This document shows positions 1 to 14,169 of a stretch of DNA of 64,000 nt, one piece after another. Both the position numbers and the translations under genes were made by a program. The stretch comes from Lama glama (Eukaryota), in the NCBI GenBank assembly GCA_028534125.1, contig CM052818.1:40240001-40304000 (forward strand). The letters run 5' to 3'. How positions within the stretch are numbered: the first letter of the stretch is position 1; each line of letters starts with the position of its first letter. A model generated the notes under the pieces. That model did no database searches and was not told the origin of the DNA. It saw nothing but the letters and a program-made list of their open reading frames with translations.

Positions 1-339
1 AGGTGCAGGAGAGAATAGAGGAAAACGAAGAGGATGGTGTTTCCAAGTTTCATTAAATCCACTCCCCTCACTGTAGGCATTTTTCTTAACCAGCCATACA
101 TTTTGGTCAGCATTGCCAGAAGCCACAGAAAGACAGTGACTAGCCAAAAATGCTTGACTCCACTGTGCTAAGAAATGATCTGGAGTGCCTGGGATTTCCT
201 GCCCGCTGGCCCTATTGAAACCTATTAAATCTCTCTTCTGAATTTTGGTGTTCTCACTGGGCTAAAGCATGGAGAGGGCAGGGCCAGGATCTTATTCATC
301 ATTTTGGCTACTGGATGATGGTTTTGAGAGAGTAACACT

Positions 340-505
340 TGTCAGGCCCTCAGCTAATGATATATCATCTCATGTTTTGAGTACTATCACCATGTCCATC
401 TTTACAGATGACCAAATGAAAAGTAGAGTTTGAGCAAGTTGCTGAAAATTAAGAGGTGTGTAGAATCAGAGAGAAACTCAAATCCCAGGTCTGACCTCCT
501 ACACA
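340..505 (-). mobile_element. MIR SINE fragment
   Basis: Degenerate MIR core 'ccatctttacagatgaccaaatgaaaagtagag...actcaaatcccaggtctgacc'. Confidence 0.6.
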
Positions 506-699
506 CTCCTGGGCATGAAAATGCAACAGTAGGTAGTTAATAAATGACTTAATTCTGGCTGGAAATATGAGCTGGGTAGCAGCATGACAGTAGGGGATCC
601 ACCCCCCTTCACACTCTAAATTGTACCGCCTGAGGTCAGGTCAGTGCCACTGGGATCACAGCAGATCAGAGAGTCCATGGGACTCATAGCAAGAACACT

Positions 700-905
700 G
701 TGCTAGGAGGAGGAGGCCTGGGCCTTGGAGCTAGACCACCACTGGTTCTCTGTGTGGCTTGGCAAAAGCAAATTTATACCCCACGGCTTCCATTTCCTCA
801 CCTAGCAAACAAAAGATGTTCCACTCTGTACCCCAAAAGTCTGGTAGGAGGACTAGAGGAAACAGACATAGGTGAAGGTGCTTCATATAACCCACATGGG
901 AGGTA
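700..905 (+). mobile_element. MIR SINE fragment
   Basis: 'ctgtgtggcttggcaaaagcaaatttatacc...ttccatttcctcacctagcaaa' resembles the MIR core in forward orientation. Confidence 0.5.
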
Positions 906-1379
906 GCATCAGTGATGAAAGGGTCTTGACACTGGAGCTGGGTCCATGTTCTTCTAAGTGACCTGTCTTCATGGTTGCTCTTTGCTTTCTGCCATTGAGG
1001 AGCACAAACACCACCACTACTACTTTAAGTAAAATTCAACAAACTCATAGGAAATGCAGGGAAGGAGAGTTGGGAAATACTGGCAGGTCAGATGGAAAGC
1101 AGATCTCTGAGTCACCATTTCTCTTGAAGGATATCAAATGCTCTCTCCCAGCATCCAAGGCCTCTCCCAACTCTCCTCCGTAGACTTCCCGCTCAGTAAT
1201 AACACATGACATGCAGTTCCTCCAACACAGCAAGCTCTCTCAGACCTCTGATCCCTTTCACTTGCGGAGGGAACACTGATGCCTCATTTCCTTCAGTGTT
1301 TTGAAACTCAGTCCACGCACCACTACTGTCGGGAAACGACTCTCCTCCCTCCTCAGTGCTCACACAGCACTCATGTCGT

Positions 1380-1915
1380 TATACAGTTCCTAAGTATCCT
1401 TATCTCCATCACCAATAAGTCCTTCAAAAGCAGGAATCATGCTCCTTTCATCTGGTTATTCCCAGTCAGTGGCATAAGACCTGGACCTCTGTAGGTATAT
1501 GGTGAATTTTTACTCAATTAAGCTAAATTAGTATGTGTTCATAGTACCTTCAATGGTCAGGAGAAAGTAGGGCTGATGAGTTTGATGCTGAACAAATGCC
1601 TCAGGAACAAAGCTTCATTTGCAAAGTATTTCCCTAGCATGTATGATCTCTTACAGTCAGTTAATAATTAACCCAAAAGAATCTCCATAATTTTATTAGT
1701 GAGGTTCCTGCAACTACACTGAGTTTAATCCAAGATGGAGACCATATTTTATTAACCTGTCAAATCACAGCTTCTCAATAATGTTCATTGACAGACTGAG
1801 TGAATGAAAGGCTTTTATGATACCCATTTATACATCACCTCACAGAACCTAGCATGATGCTTGGGACATAATGCATGCTCAAAAATGACTTCCAAATGAA
1901 TGAGTGAACAAATAA
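1380..1915 (+). mobile_element. L2 LINE 3' end fragments (several)
   Basis: L2-type tails such as 'cagaacctagcatgatgcttgggacataatgcatgctcaaaaatgacttccaaatgaatgagtgaa'. Confidence 0.55.
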
Positions 1916-3869
1916 ATGTCTCTTTTATCTATTTTTCTAACTACAATAACTAACAAAGGATAGAGTACGTAGCAATTCAAACATCATTATTTGGTGCATA
2001 AAAAAATTAAAGATTCAAAAATGACCAAGTGAGAATTTGGCTATTTTTTCAGGTTTAAGACCTTTTTACAATACAAAATTAAATATGACAATATCAACTA
2101 AATATTCATACTTCTAAGTAGAATGCTGCTAGCAAAAGCATCATTAAAAATAGCACCCAGTAGCTGGTTATGTATGAGGTGACATTGTTTGGCTATGACC
2201 ATGGTAGAGTTCTTAAGCTGATGCATTTAATGAAGAATATACTGAGATGCAGGATAATTATTACTGAATTGCAGAAATGTTGCATTATGTTAAATACCCA
2301 CCTGTTATATCATATATTCTAAAAGCATTCCTTCCAATCAATCTCCTCCCTCTCCCCAAGAGCCAATCAGCATGCGTTACAGTTCATGACATGGAAACTT
2401 CTCTGTGATGTTTCCCATATAAAAGGATTAGGCGTTAAGGACCAAGTAGAGTCAGTCAAGTTTACCTCTACATGGCACTTTCCTGACAAAACTGTCAAAA
2501 TAGCTCTTTTTTCCAGGAAACTCATGATTGGATTCTGTTTTGGAAAGATAGGCTCTTCCAGGCTAAGCCTACTTGGCTGAACAATGCTTCACTCTCTCAC
2601 TGGGAATCATAAGCTTAAATGAACAGTAAATTGGGTCTTCGAGGAACCCAGGTTCAAAGGTGAAGCCAAGGCAGGGCTTTGTACATGGATACAGTTAGTC
2701 TCAAAAATGTTGAACCACATGACTTCTCAAAATAAAACCATACAAATCCCAAAACCAAAGGCACATGACCCAATACCTCACAGTTCCTGTTTGAGTGGAA
2801 AAAACAAATACAGATTAAAATTCATCACCTCATAAATTTATACAAAACTCCAACAAAAAGCAATTGAAATAAATATAATATTTAAAAATGAGGAAAGAAC
2901 TCTCTATTCACAATGATTTGATCCCCAATTCAGATTTATTCTTATCATAAACATAATTTATTTTAAAAAGGAAGTACAACGCACTAGCAATGAAAGATTA
3001 ATAAATTAACAATATGGCTTATTGCCCTTATAAGTCAGCAAATAATTTAAAAAGAAGAGTAGCCAATGTGATCAAATGCAGAGAAATGGGTCATCTCATT
3101 CATTGCTGCTATATACTGTTAGGATGCACAAATAAGATGAAAGTAAATACAAGATAATAGAAAGTAGAAGGAAAAAAAGGACCCTAGATTTGTTACCATC
3201 CAAAAAAAAAAAAAACTAAACAATAGGCACTCAAAGCTGATATATATTAATTAATCTTCTCCCCCTACAATCACCTCCTTTCACCTTTTCTTTTCTCCCA
3301 CCTGCCTACTTCTCCTCCATTATCATTATTGCCTCATACTCATCATTATCTACATCATCATTGGGAATAAAGAGCAAGCAGAAATCCTCTGGGTCTCTAT
3401 TGGGAAATCACCATTTGTGACACATTGAAATGCGGTTGCCATGGGATAAAGAGACTTCTGGAAATTGTAAAGCACTTGATTACCATACCATGTTGTGTTG
3501 ACTGTTTAATTTTTACTAACATTGTTTCCCTTATAGTTTCCTTTTTACTTAATCTTGCATCTCACAAACAAAATCAATAGCTCTCTCCCTCTCTCCTTCT
3601 GTTTCACCCTCATACATTCTCATACAAAATAAATCCTACAATCTCTTTAACCCATATAAAATTTCCAATTGATTTACTTCTACTCAAAATATTATGATCT
3701 TGCAGAGGCAAAATGCACATTGTTTAAAACAGTAGTATCAATTACTGTTTTAAATTTGATATTTTAAAAGTCCTCCTTAAAAGGCCATCCATTCTAATTA
3801 ACATATCATAGTTATACCCAGTAAGAGAGTGAGACAGGGAAGTAGAAGAAGCAAGGGAAGAGTTAAAAG

Positions 3870-4050
3870 AACTGCTGTAAGATGTATGAATATCCGGTAT
3901 GGACTAAGCATTTTACATGCATTACTTTGGTGATTTTCCATGTTAGGAGAAGGAGGATGGAGACTTAGGAACATTAAGTGACCAGCTAAAAAGCATTAGA
4001 GTAAGAGACTGAATTGTTATCTTTCTGACACTAAAGGCTATGTTTCTTTA
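3870..4050 (-). mobile_element. MIR SINE fragment
   Basis: 'ctaagcattttacatgcattac...gagacttaggaacattaagtgacc' is a degenerate MIR. Confidence 0.5.
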
Positions 4051-4344
4051 TAATTTGTCTCTTATGGTTATCCTCCTCTGTGACCTTTTTGTATTTAAAT
4101 AAAGCAAAACATAAAAATAATTATATTTACTAAGATATTTATTATATCCATATTATAGCAGAAGAAAGTTGGAATCAAGAAAATAAATTAAATGTCTAAC
4201 AGTAAGAGAATGATGGCACAACTCTAAAAAGAGCAGCCATAAAAAGTCATAATTTGAGAGAATTTACAATAACATGGAAATGTTTATATTGAAATGATAT
4301 TGGAATGTTAATAATGGTATGGTACGGTTAAGTAGAAAAGTGAA

Positions 4345-6000
4345 GACAAATTAAATCATCAGAAAAACATAGTCACATCTCTTATGAATTTATACACAAA
4401 AATCCTCAACAAAATGTTAGCAAATCAAATACAACAATAAATGAAAAGAATGATACACCATGACCAACTGGTATCTATTCCAGGTATGCAAGGATGGTCA
4501 AAATTTTAAAATCAATCAGTGTAATCTACCACAACAACAATCTAAAGAAGAAAAGTCAAATTATATAATCATACCAATTAATGTAAAAAAGTAGAAAAAT
4601 CCAACACCAATTCATGGTAAATAAAACAAACAAACAAAAACAACAACAACAAAAAAAACCTTTCAGCAAGTTGAGAATAGAAGAAAACAACTTTACTTGA
4701 TAAAAAAGTATCTACCAAACATCCTATAGCTAACAGTATATTTAATGGTGAAAAACAATGCTTTCCACTGATGACCAGGAAGAACAAGGCAAGGATGTCT
4801 GCCATCACCACTCCTACTCAGCATAGTTAGTACTAGAAGTCCTAGCCAGTGCAACGAGGCCAGGAAAAGAAAGAAAAGGCATATATACTTGAGAGAAAAA
4901 CTAAAACTGTTATTATTTGCAGATTTGATTATTCATTTAGAAAACCACAAGAAATTTACAAAAAAAATTTTACAACTAATTAGTGAGTTTAGCAGTTACA
5001 GAATTCAAGTTCACAATATATCTTGCTATATTAACAATGAATACATGGAAACAAATTAAAAATGCAATACCATTTACCATCACTCTAAAGAAAATAAAAT
5101 ATTTATGGATAAATTTAACAAAACTTGTATAGGACCTATATGCTGAAAATTTTTAAATGCTGATGAAAGAAATTTTAAAAAGGTCTAAATAAATGAAAAT
5201 GCATACTGTGTACATGAATTGGAAGACTCAATAGTGAAGAGGTCAATTTTCCTAAATTTAGCTAAAGTTTAATATAATTCCTTCCAAAATCCCATCAAGG
5301 TATTTTTGTAGACATATACAAGCTTATTCTAAAGTTTATTTGGAAAGGTACATTTAATGTAATAGCTAAAACAATTTTCAAAAGAAGCATGTGGGAATTT
5401 ATCATTTTATACTTAATATTAAAAGCTATAATACAGCTACAATATGCAAGACAATGTATTGGTGGAAGAATTTTCACATAGATCAGTGGAACAGCATACA
5501 GAACTCAGAAGCAGACTCACACAAATATATTCAATTGATTTCTGATAAATTTGCAAAAGCAATTCAAAGCAGAATGGATGGTCTTTTCAAGAAATAGATT
5601 TGAACAACTGAACATCCAAGTGAAAAACAAAAACAAAAACAAAAGGCCTCACACTATATAAGATTACCACAAAATGGATCATAGATTTAAATGTAAAGTG
5701 TAAATCTATACAACTTTTAGAAAAAATAAAAAGTAAGAGAAAATCTGCAAGATAAAGGGTTAGACAGAGAGTTCTTAAATTTGACAACAAAAGCATGGTA
5801 AATAAAAGGAGATACTGATAAATTGGACCTAATTAAAATTTAAAACTTGCTCTTTGAAAGACCCTGTTTAATCAATACTATAGTAACAAACTATAGTTTA
5901 TGTAGTACTATATATCAATACTAAAGTAACAAACAATCCAACTAATGGGCAGAAGACATGAATAGACATTTTACTGCAAAAGACAGAGAGATGGCAAATT
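4345..6000 (+). mobile_element. Old L1 (L1M-class) ORF2 fragment, RT to C-terminal region, decayed
   Basis: 'atctcttatgaatttatacacaaaaatcctcaacaaaatgttagcaaa' matches the L1 RT motif ISLMNIDAKILNKILA. ORF 5391..5597 retains L1 ORF2 residues (IDQWNSIQNSEADSHKYIQLISDKFAKAIQ). Many stops and frameshifts. Confidence 0.9.
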
Positions 6001-6789
6001 TTAGAAAAAGGCATCAGCAAAACTCATTTTACAGTAAGTATTATTATTCAGAAATAATGCCTGAGCAACTTCAGTACATACTTTCACTTCACTTCTCATG
6101 TTCCCAACACAACAAAACATGAAAACACAATTGTAACCTTGCCATGTTCACTTCAATAGTCAAAAACCAAAGAAAAATTCCCATAAGAGTATTATCAAAT
6201 GACTATCCCTAAACTTTAATCATTGGACTCAGGGAGATTCCCAAGTTGAAAAATCACCAACATATATATTTTAAATTATGTGAAAAGAATTCAGATTTGA
6301 TCTTGGCTACAACTGTGATGACTGGGCCTAAATACCACCCTTTTTAAAGTTGCAGTCATATGATTAAGTCCCTCTGATTGAGTCCCTCAAAGACATGACC
6401 CCTCACAGACAGTGAAATGTTAATAGTTGTTGACCAAAGAGCCAGTCTTTTCCAACGAAGAGTTGAACAATGGCTAAGACAAAGTTATTAGAGCAGCCCA
6501 GAGCTCTCAGACAAAGACTAGTTCTTCCTGTGGGGTCCTTGGAATGCTTTCCATCATTCCCTGGGTATTCCTCTTGGATGATTTTCTTGGAAAATATTCA
6601 CATTGATCTTTGGTTTATTCCATTGCTTCTCAAAGAAGCCAAAGTTAAAAACTGACCTTGAGCTCAAGTAACTTCTAATGTGTCACATATGGAGGCAGGG
6701 AGATAAAGCTCTGTCTGGTTGAGAAAGAATAATTCTGCCAAAGCAGTGTTCTCAATAGCACTGATGATAATAATAACAATAATAACTCC

Positions 6790-6990
6790 ACATATTAATA
6801 AAGTGCTTTACATCTACCAATATTTTAATATACATTATAGCATCGAATTCTTATGAAAATGCTGAGGTAGGTGAGCAAATAGTATATTTATTATTCTCAG
6901 ATGGAAAAATGAGGCTCAGAAATGTATGTGCCTTGTCTAAATTAATTGTCCAGCAAGTGTTGCAGATACCACTTGAACGTCAAATCTCAT
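6790..6990 (-). mobile_element. MIR SINE
   Basis: 'cagatggaaaaatgaggctcagaaatgtatgtgccttgtc' is the MIR core. Confidence 0.7.
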
Positions 6991-7149
6991 TTGTAACATT
7001 AAAGAAATTTTTAAAGATAAAAAGAACATAAAAATTTGCATTGAGACTAGCTGTGTCTAGTCTATACGACACAAACTTATCACAATTCCAAAAGAATGTA
7101 CAGTTACCATTTTTAAGCTGAAATATGTATAAAGGTAACTTTTCATTTA

Positions 7150-10130
7150 TTCACTTACTAAAATCAACAGGAAATTGGATCTTTTCAATGATTAGCCATT
7201 TCCATTTCCTATCATGTATTTTTTTCATTCATCTACTGAAGTCTTGATATTTTTCTTATATATTTGAATGAGTTAATTTATAATAAAATTAACCCTTCCT
7301 TGTAATTGGTAAGGTAGTTTTCGGGTTTGTTTTTTTTTAGTTTTTTTTATTACAAAATTTTAGTTTTCTTCTTTAGTTGCTTCTGTAGATTCAAATCTAT
7401 TTTCTGTTTCACTCTGAACTTTACTAAAATGTTACAGCCCTGTTTTTGATCCATATGAAATATTTTTATAAGAAATGTGGACATTCATTTTTTAAAAATA
7501 TTTTTGTTTTTACACATTTTATACATATACATAACTTTAACAGCAAAATAAATCTAAGAGGCTTATTATAAAATATGAATCCCTTGTTGCTACCCCTCAA
7601 TATTCCCCTTCTTCAGTGTCATCCACTCTCTACATTTCAATATACAATATATATTAATATATATGTAATACTTATATTGTTAATTTTTGATTTTTCAGTT
7701 TTAGCCATCAGATATTGACTTCTCAAGATGGGAGATATGGACGTAACTGTCTTTCCCCATCCTGCATTATTATACACATGCTCTCCTCCATACTTCCATC
7801 CTCCTAATAAAGTTATATTTTTATATTGCTCAGATCAATCTACTAAAGTTATCCAAATGTTATTTATAACTGAGCCATGCAGCTAGATGTAATAACTTTT
7901 CTTATCTTGCATAAATTTTGTTCTCTCTGGATTCAATGAATGTGTTATTGACTTTTGTTTTCTTTGTTGCCTGTGTTATTATGACTAATTCACCCCCAAC
8001 TTTTCCCCAGTGTTCAAATATATCCAGTTTTCTATCAGTTTCATCTTCTTGGAAAACTTGTATTCCAGAGTCTCTGACCCACTCTAATCTGGACTGGGTA
8101 GGTTACTCTCTAGGCCTGTTACACATTTTCATCCTGGTATTTCTTTTCGGCATCCCTAGTAGTTAAGGTAGACTGTAATGACAGATATACTCCCAGAAGA
8201 AAAACTTATTTCTTGTTCATGCAACAATCCAACATGGTGGCCCATTGTTAGAGTGTGTCTTCCTCCATGTGGTGAATTTGGGATCCAGGTTTTTTTCATC
8301 TTGTAAATTTATTGTCTATTATCTTCTGCATCCAGTCACCTTGAGCGGAGTTAGGAGAGGCACTCTCACTTCTTGAAAACAGTAGCCTGGAAGTAGCACA
8401 ATCATTTCTATCCACAGGACTCAGTTCTGAGGCCATATTTAAATGCAGTGGAGTGTGGGAAGTACAGTCTAACCATGTACGTAAAAAGAAGAGGTAAGGG
8501 ATTTTCACTAACTACTAAAAAAATCTCTGCCACACCATCATCAAAGATATTCCTTCTTGTGGAGCACACTCTAAAGTAGCTTTTGGAGAAACGGTGAGTA
8601 GGAGGTAAGTTTTTAGTAATATTGACTATCCAAAAATATCTTCATTCTACTGTCATTTAATTGCCAGTTCGACTGAGTACAGAATTCTAGGTTGGAAAAC
8701 ATTTTCCCTGAAAAATCTGAAGGCCTTTTCCATAAAATTTTTGAAGGTATTGCTATTTCTACAGAGTCCAAAGCCATTCTATTCATAATCTTTTGCTCAT
8801 CTAATTTTTTTTTCTCTCTCTCAGAGTGTCAAGATCTTCTCTTGGCCACTGACATTTTGAATTGATAGGGTATGGTTCTATTTTGATTCGTTTTTCTGGG
8901 TACTTACTATAACTTTTAATTATATAACATTATTTCTTGATGATTTTCTCTACCATTTTCTCTGTTTCGTCTGTTTAGAATGATAATTTTCGATATTTAT
9001 CCTCATGAGATGCTCTTCTAATATTCTTATTTTTTCTTTCCTATTTCCTATCTTTATTTAATTTACTTTCTATGAGAATTCCTCACCATTAGCTTCTAAA
9101 ACTTCCAATCATTTTATCATATTTTATAGTTTTAATTTGCAAGACCTTTCTCTTTTTGTGGCATACTGTTCTTATTTCATCAACACAAACTCTACCCAGC
9201 TATTTGGAATATGATGATATTTTTAATATTGTTTATATCCCTGAATAATCTGTTCCATCCATGTTGATGCTTTCTATTTATTTCTTCTAGTCTCTATCTT
9301 TTCAATTAGGAGCTTTGCTCAAATACTTGGGAATCTTTGGCTGTCCGCTTAGGTTTAACAGTGGATCTCTGCAGGTTGATGGGAACTGCGGAGCACAGGG
9401 TTTGCTTGTTAACTTTGGGCTTCACTTTAAGGAGTGGTATGACTGGGCTATATCATTGAAGAAAATACTGATGTGTGTCTTTATGTCTTTTCTTGTTGAC
9501 CATTTGAATTCTGTACAGACTCATTGTCTAGTCTTTTAAGAAAATATGAGCCAGTTTCCTAGTGTTCTGAGAGTAAAGTGGGAAAAGAGTGGTACAGGGC
9601 ATCCAACATTCCATGCACAAACTTTTATGGAATCCCTCTATTTGCAGTAAGATTGTCCTTCCTTCAAATTCACCAAACATTCCCAGTCCAGAAACACACA
9701 AGCTCTCCAGAGAATAAACTTTCTCCTCTGCCAGGGTGAGAGAGAAGTCTTCCACCTAAGTAGTGGAGGGAGGCAATCTAGTGGCTTAACTGCATCTTAA
9801 AGCAGAGTTTAATCCAACCTCCTGTTTTCAACAACTTCTCCATACACTTTATTCTCCCCGCTTCTACAGGTACCTGGTGCTGACAATTTCTGAGCCTCTT
9901 GGGAGATCAGAGGTGCAGACTGAGGAGCTGCTCAGCTCTCTCCACTGCTGCCTTAGAATTCAGTTTGATTTTTTTTTTTAAGGTCAGCTAAGTGGTTTAG
10001 CACCCATCTTGTTGCTATTACCATTTCTCAATTTCTCTGTGCTTTTGTATATTTATGTTTAGACAATCTTTTACTGGGCTTTCAAGAAAGAGTGGAAGAA
10101 AAGTGTTCAATCCTTGATCTTCAACCCTCA
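7150..10130 (-). mobile_element. Ancient L1ME/HAL1-like LINE fragments, interrupted by an MLT1 LTR
   Basis: T-rich antisense LINE composition. Signatures include 'gagtacagaattctaggttggaaaacattttccctg' and 'atctttggctgtccgcttaggtttaacagtgg'. Confidence 0.65.
8165..8534 (-). mobile_element. MLT1 (J/K-like) ERVL-MaLR solo LTR
   Basis: 'gcctggaagtagcacaatcatttctatccac...ggccatatttaaatgcagtggagtgtgggaagtacagtcta' and terminus 'tctctgccaca'. Confidence 0.7.
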
Positions 10131-12974
10131 AAACCGTAATGTAACTTTTCATTTTCTAAATTGCTATCGTCTCAGAGCACCATTTCATGAATAATCCTTA
10201 TGTTCTCCTCGTGTGGAGTGTTTATTTGACCCATACCAAGTTAATTTTATTTTATATTCTAACCAACTGATCTGTTTTTACACCAGTGTCATAATGTACA
10301 ATTTTTTGCTATGCTAGAATATATTCTCATATACAGTAACTGCTCAGTACAAACTAGTTCTCTCTCCTCATTGCTTCATTTATTCAGGTAACCCATGTGG
10401 AAAGAACTCTGTTAAGACTCATCACGCAAGCGATTTGCCAATAATACCACATGCAGACTTTTTGTTTGTTTGTTTGAAAAGATAGTCATGTCCTTAAAAT
10501 TAGTTCCAATTCTGTTAATCATCCCTCTTTTAGTATATGTCAGCCAAGATTGCTTCGATTCCAGGCATAAAGATTAAAAATCCCCTGGGTTGACAGTTTA
10601 CTATGGAATATGACCCAGCATCGTTCAGCCTGATCTTCTCTAACCAGAAACACACAGAGAAACACATATAACCACACACAAACCTCCCTAAGCCATGTGT
10701 ATCCCACCTAGATTTCTGTCCCTTTGAAGCTCAGTGACATACTGCTTCAGAATATCAAGATATTTTGTCAGACATGAACTTTAGCAACCTCAGTAACATC
10801 TCTTTACAATATCAAAGTTTAAAAAGGGAATAGGCTTTCGTCCTTTACCAGGTAAGTAGGGGCTGTGCAGCGCCACTTCTGATCTTTGAATCTGGGACTC
10901 TCCTGTATGTACGCTACTAAATATTCTCCCCCTCATCTGACCTTCTTTCTTGCTGAGATGGATTACAAAATGATCTACTCTGCTCTTTACTTCTTAACAC
11001 AATTAACTCTTCCCAAGAATAAGTGACCCTTACACATTAAAAAACTGATTTTTTCCCTCCCATATAGATTTATCCAGGAAAAATATTTAATTTACCTTTA
11101 CTACAATTCTAGTCTCATCATATCTGGCAAATAAATATTAATCAAGTAATCATCTTTGAACTATACCTAACATAACTATGCTTATGAAACCAAGTAGCTG
11201 CTGTACATTTCAACTAGTTCCTCAATGCTAAAATTTATTATCTGTAGCTATTCAAGTAGCCAAATGTATGGACCAGAAGGACTGCTGGCTATCTGAGGGA
11301 ATAACCTACACATTTCACAGCTGAAGCAGTGGCAAGGAAGACCAATAACAACTATGGAAAGAAGTATGAGAAATAATAGTATTACCCTATACATGGCACT
11401 CCTGGGGAAGATAATGCAATTATTTATAAAAGAACTGTGCATCAGTTTTAAACTGCTTTCTTTCTTATTCTAGATCTTGTTCATATTAGAGGTTGATTGT
11501 GTGATTTTTGGCTTATTCTTATGATCACTCAGAGACATTAAAACAATGGTGTGAACCTACTGGAACATTCCCCTCCTAATCTCACTGGAAAAGTATAAAG
11601 TTTTAATGGCCTATTTATGGTTCTCAAAAATTTGATTTAGGGTGGGAAATATTGGACTAAGCTACGTTTTTGCAATCAAAAGCGCATACCAAAAAATAAG
11701 ATAGTCTCTCAAATTAGGAATTTAGGGTCCAAAAAATAAAATGGAATCCAAATGTTTGTTAAGAAAAGAGACTAGGCAGAGACAGGCTTCTCAGCCCACC
11801 CCACCCACTCCCACTCCCACTAGAAAAGAGATTCTCAGAAAGGCATTTGCAAATGCTTAAAGGATTAACATTCATTAAAATAGGTGTTCTTTGTAATAGT
11901 AAAGTTAAAATAAAATAAAGCAGCTAAAGTAAGAATTAAAGGGACAGTCAAGGGTAGTCTGATCTCTCCCCACGACAAATATGACTTCTCTCAACTCCAG
12001 CTGTTTGACTTTGTTGACTCTGAAGGCAGTCATCAGAGGCTGAGTAACACCCAACCTTTCCATTTTAAGATTTCTGAATTCCTCCCTTTTGTCCTTCACG
12101 TCCAAGAGTAAATCACATCCCAATTACCCCGGGGCTAAGGGGCCAAATCTACACGGATTCCTTTTCAGGAAATAAGCATCTCAAGGTCTTTCCTCTGACT
12201 TCTGCTCCTGCTTAGGCATGTCTATGCAATTGGAAGAGAAGATACAACCATTTAAATATGTTTGTGGGTGTTTGTTTTATACAAAGGGAAACTAGTCAGC
12301 TTGATTGAATAATAAAGCCCCAAGCATAATGAAACTGGGCTCTCCTTGCCCCTGTCATTTTCCTCAGCTTCTACAGTAGAGCCTGCACAGGTACTTCTGG
12401 CACTGTCTAGGTGACAAAACATAACCATTTGGTGCAACGAAACAGTAAGAATCAGAGCCAGCTAATTTTAAACAGAGTGAATCTCAATGTTGTGCTTAAT
12501 TCCCCCTCATCAGACAATTGCCAATAAATAAAGTGATTTATCCCTCATGCAAGACTAGTTGAGGGGTGGGTAGTGAGGAAGGAGAGAGAAGGGTGTACAT
12601 GAGTCAATTTTTGGAAAAGTCTGAATAAATAATAATCAGACTAATGGCAACTAGAAGGAAACACCCTAATGATTCTAGACCAGCAATGCTTTAAAACAAA
12701 CATAAATAGTTTGAGTTTTAAGATTTCACTCTTAAAACTGACCTTCTAAACGAAACATAGACACTCACTCTAACACACACACACACAGAGATTTTTTTAT
12801 GACACAACTCAGTTGACAGTATCAGTCATAGTGTAGCAATGTGAATTAATAAATCTAAAGTAGACAGAGATGAACGAGAGAGGGACAGAGGGAGAGACAG
12901 AGAGAGACCCAGATCTCTAATAAAATCTCTTTTGTGTGGCTTAGGGGAAATGACATCTTCAAGAGCCAGTTTCT

Positions 12975-13145
12975 GCCATATTACCTCCTGGCAAAAGCCT
13001 TGGGCAAATTATTTAATTTCCTTGTGCTTTATATTCCTTTTATATAAAGTGGAGATAATATTAAACTTCATTGTTCTTCATGGAGGAGTGAGATAAGATA
13101 TGAGAGGGTGTTCTATGAACTTAAAAACATCCAATAAATATTAGC
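12975..13145 (+). mobile_element. MIR SINE fragment
   Basis: 'ccttgggcaaattatttaatttccttgtgctttatattccttttatataaagtggagataata'. Confidence 0.65.
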
Positions 13146-13179
13146 AAAATATAAAAGCATTTATATACTATGTTTTTAT

Positions 13180-13740
13180 ATACCATTGGTGGGGATAAAT
13201 ATACTTTTAGAATAAACCTTCTAAAAAGGCAATTTGTACAAAGAGCAATGAAATTTTTCATACCATTGATCCATACACTTACATATGGGAATCTATTCTA
13301 AGAAAACAATCGGAGAGTTAGGCAAAATATTTTTCACAGACATATTCATTCAGTGTTACTTAAATAGTCAACCAACTAGACTCAGACTTAATGCCCAATA
13401 GTAGGACAATAGTACATCTACATACTGCTGTATTAGACTATTTAATTGTTCATGTTTTTAATCAATGCTAAATGGCATGACCATGGGAAATATTCATATT
13501 AAGTTAAAAATAAATTGTAAAATTATAAACATGTAATGATGCAATTTATAGCACATGCAAACATATGTGCATACACACACATAACCCCAATAATGGAAGA
13601 AAGTATGTCAAATTATTGACAATGCGGTTGTTTTCAGGTGGTACAGATTATATAGATTTGTGGACGATTTTTCTTCTAAGTTTTCTAAAAAATATATCCA
13701 TGGATTAATTATTTAATCATAAGAAAGTGTTACTTAAAAT
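13180..13740 (+). mobile_element. L1ME-type 3' end
   Basis: 'ataccattgatccatacacttacatatgggaatctattctaagaaaacaat' and the following L1ME 3'UTR-like sequence. Confidence 0.6.
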
Positions 13741-14169
13741 ACTGTACATATTCCAGTTTCATAATCTGTCACCCAGTGAGAGGTCCACTAACCTCACCTT
13801 GTAAGACCCAGATGAGGAAAGTGTTAAGAAATAACTGAATAAGCAATAGCAAGCCACTGTTTCCAACTTATGTTTCTTTCATTTATATTTCACTCAGTGG
13901 TATAGGAATTGAATGATCTGGGAGATGGTCTCTTTGTAGCTCAGTGTTTATAACCTATAGACTGCAAATGTAAATATACATCAGTCACTGTCTGTTGACA
14001 GCATAAGTAAAATGTAGTTTATGTATTTATACATAAATAATATGTATTTATTAGAACTATTTTTAAATATGCAGATGTAACTGTGTTTAAAAACTTTGAA
14101 AGACCCATTTAAAATGATTCACAAGATCATAGCATAATCTTTTATTAGCATGCAGCCCAGTCAAGAGAT

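Noticed and set aside
5871..5934. 21-bp direct repeat with a spacer (CRISPR-like appearance)
   Set aside because: Only two copies, inside a decayed L1 in eukaryotic DNA, so it is an ordinary local duplication.
10860..10885. CTCF-like site (also near 16700 and 23725)
   Set aside because: Several mismatches at core positions.
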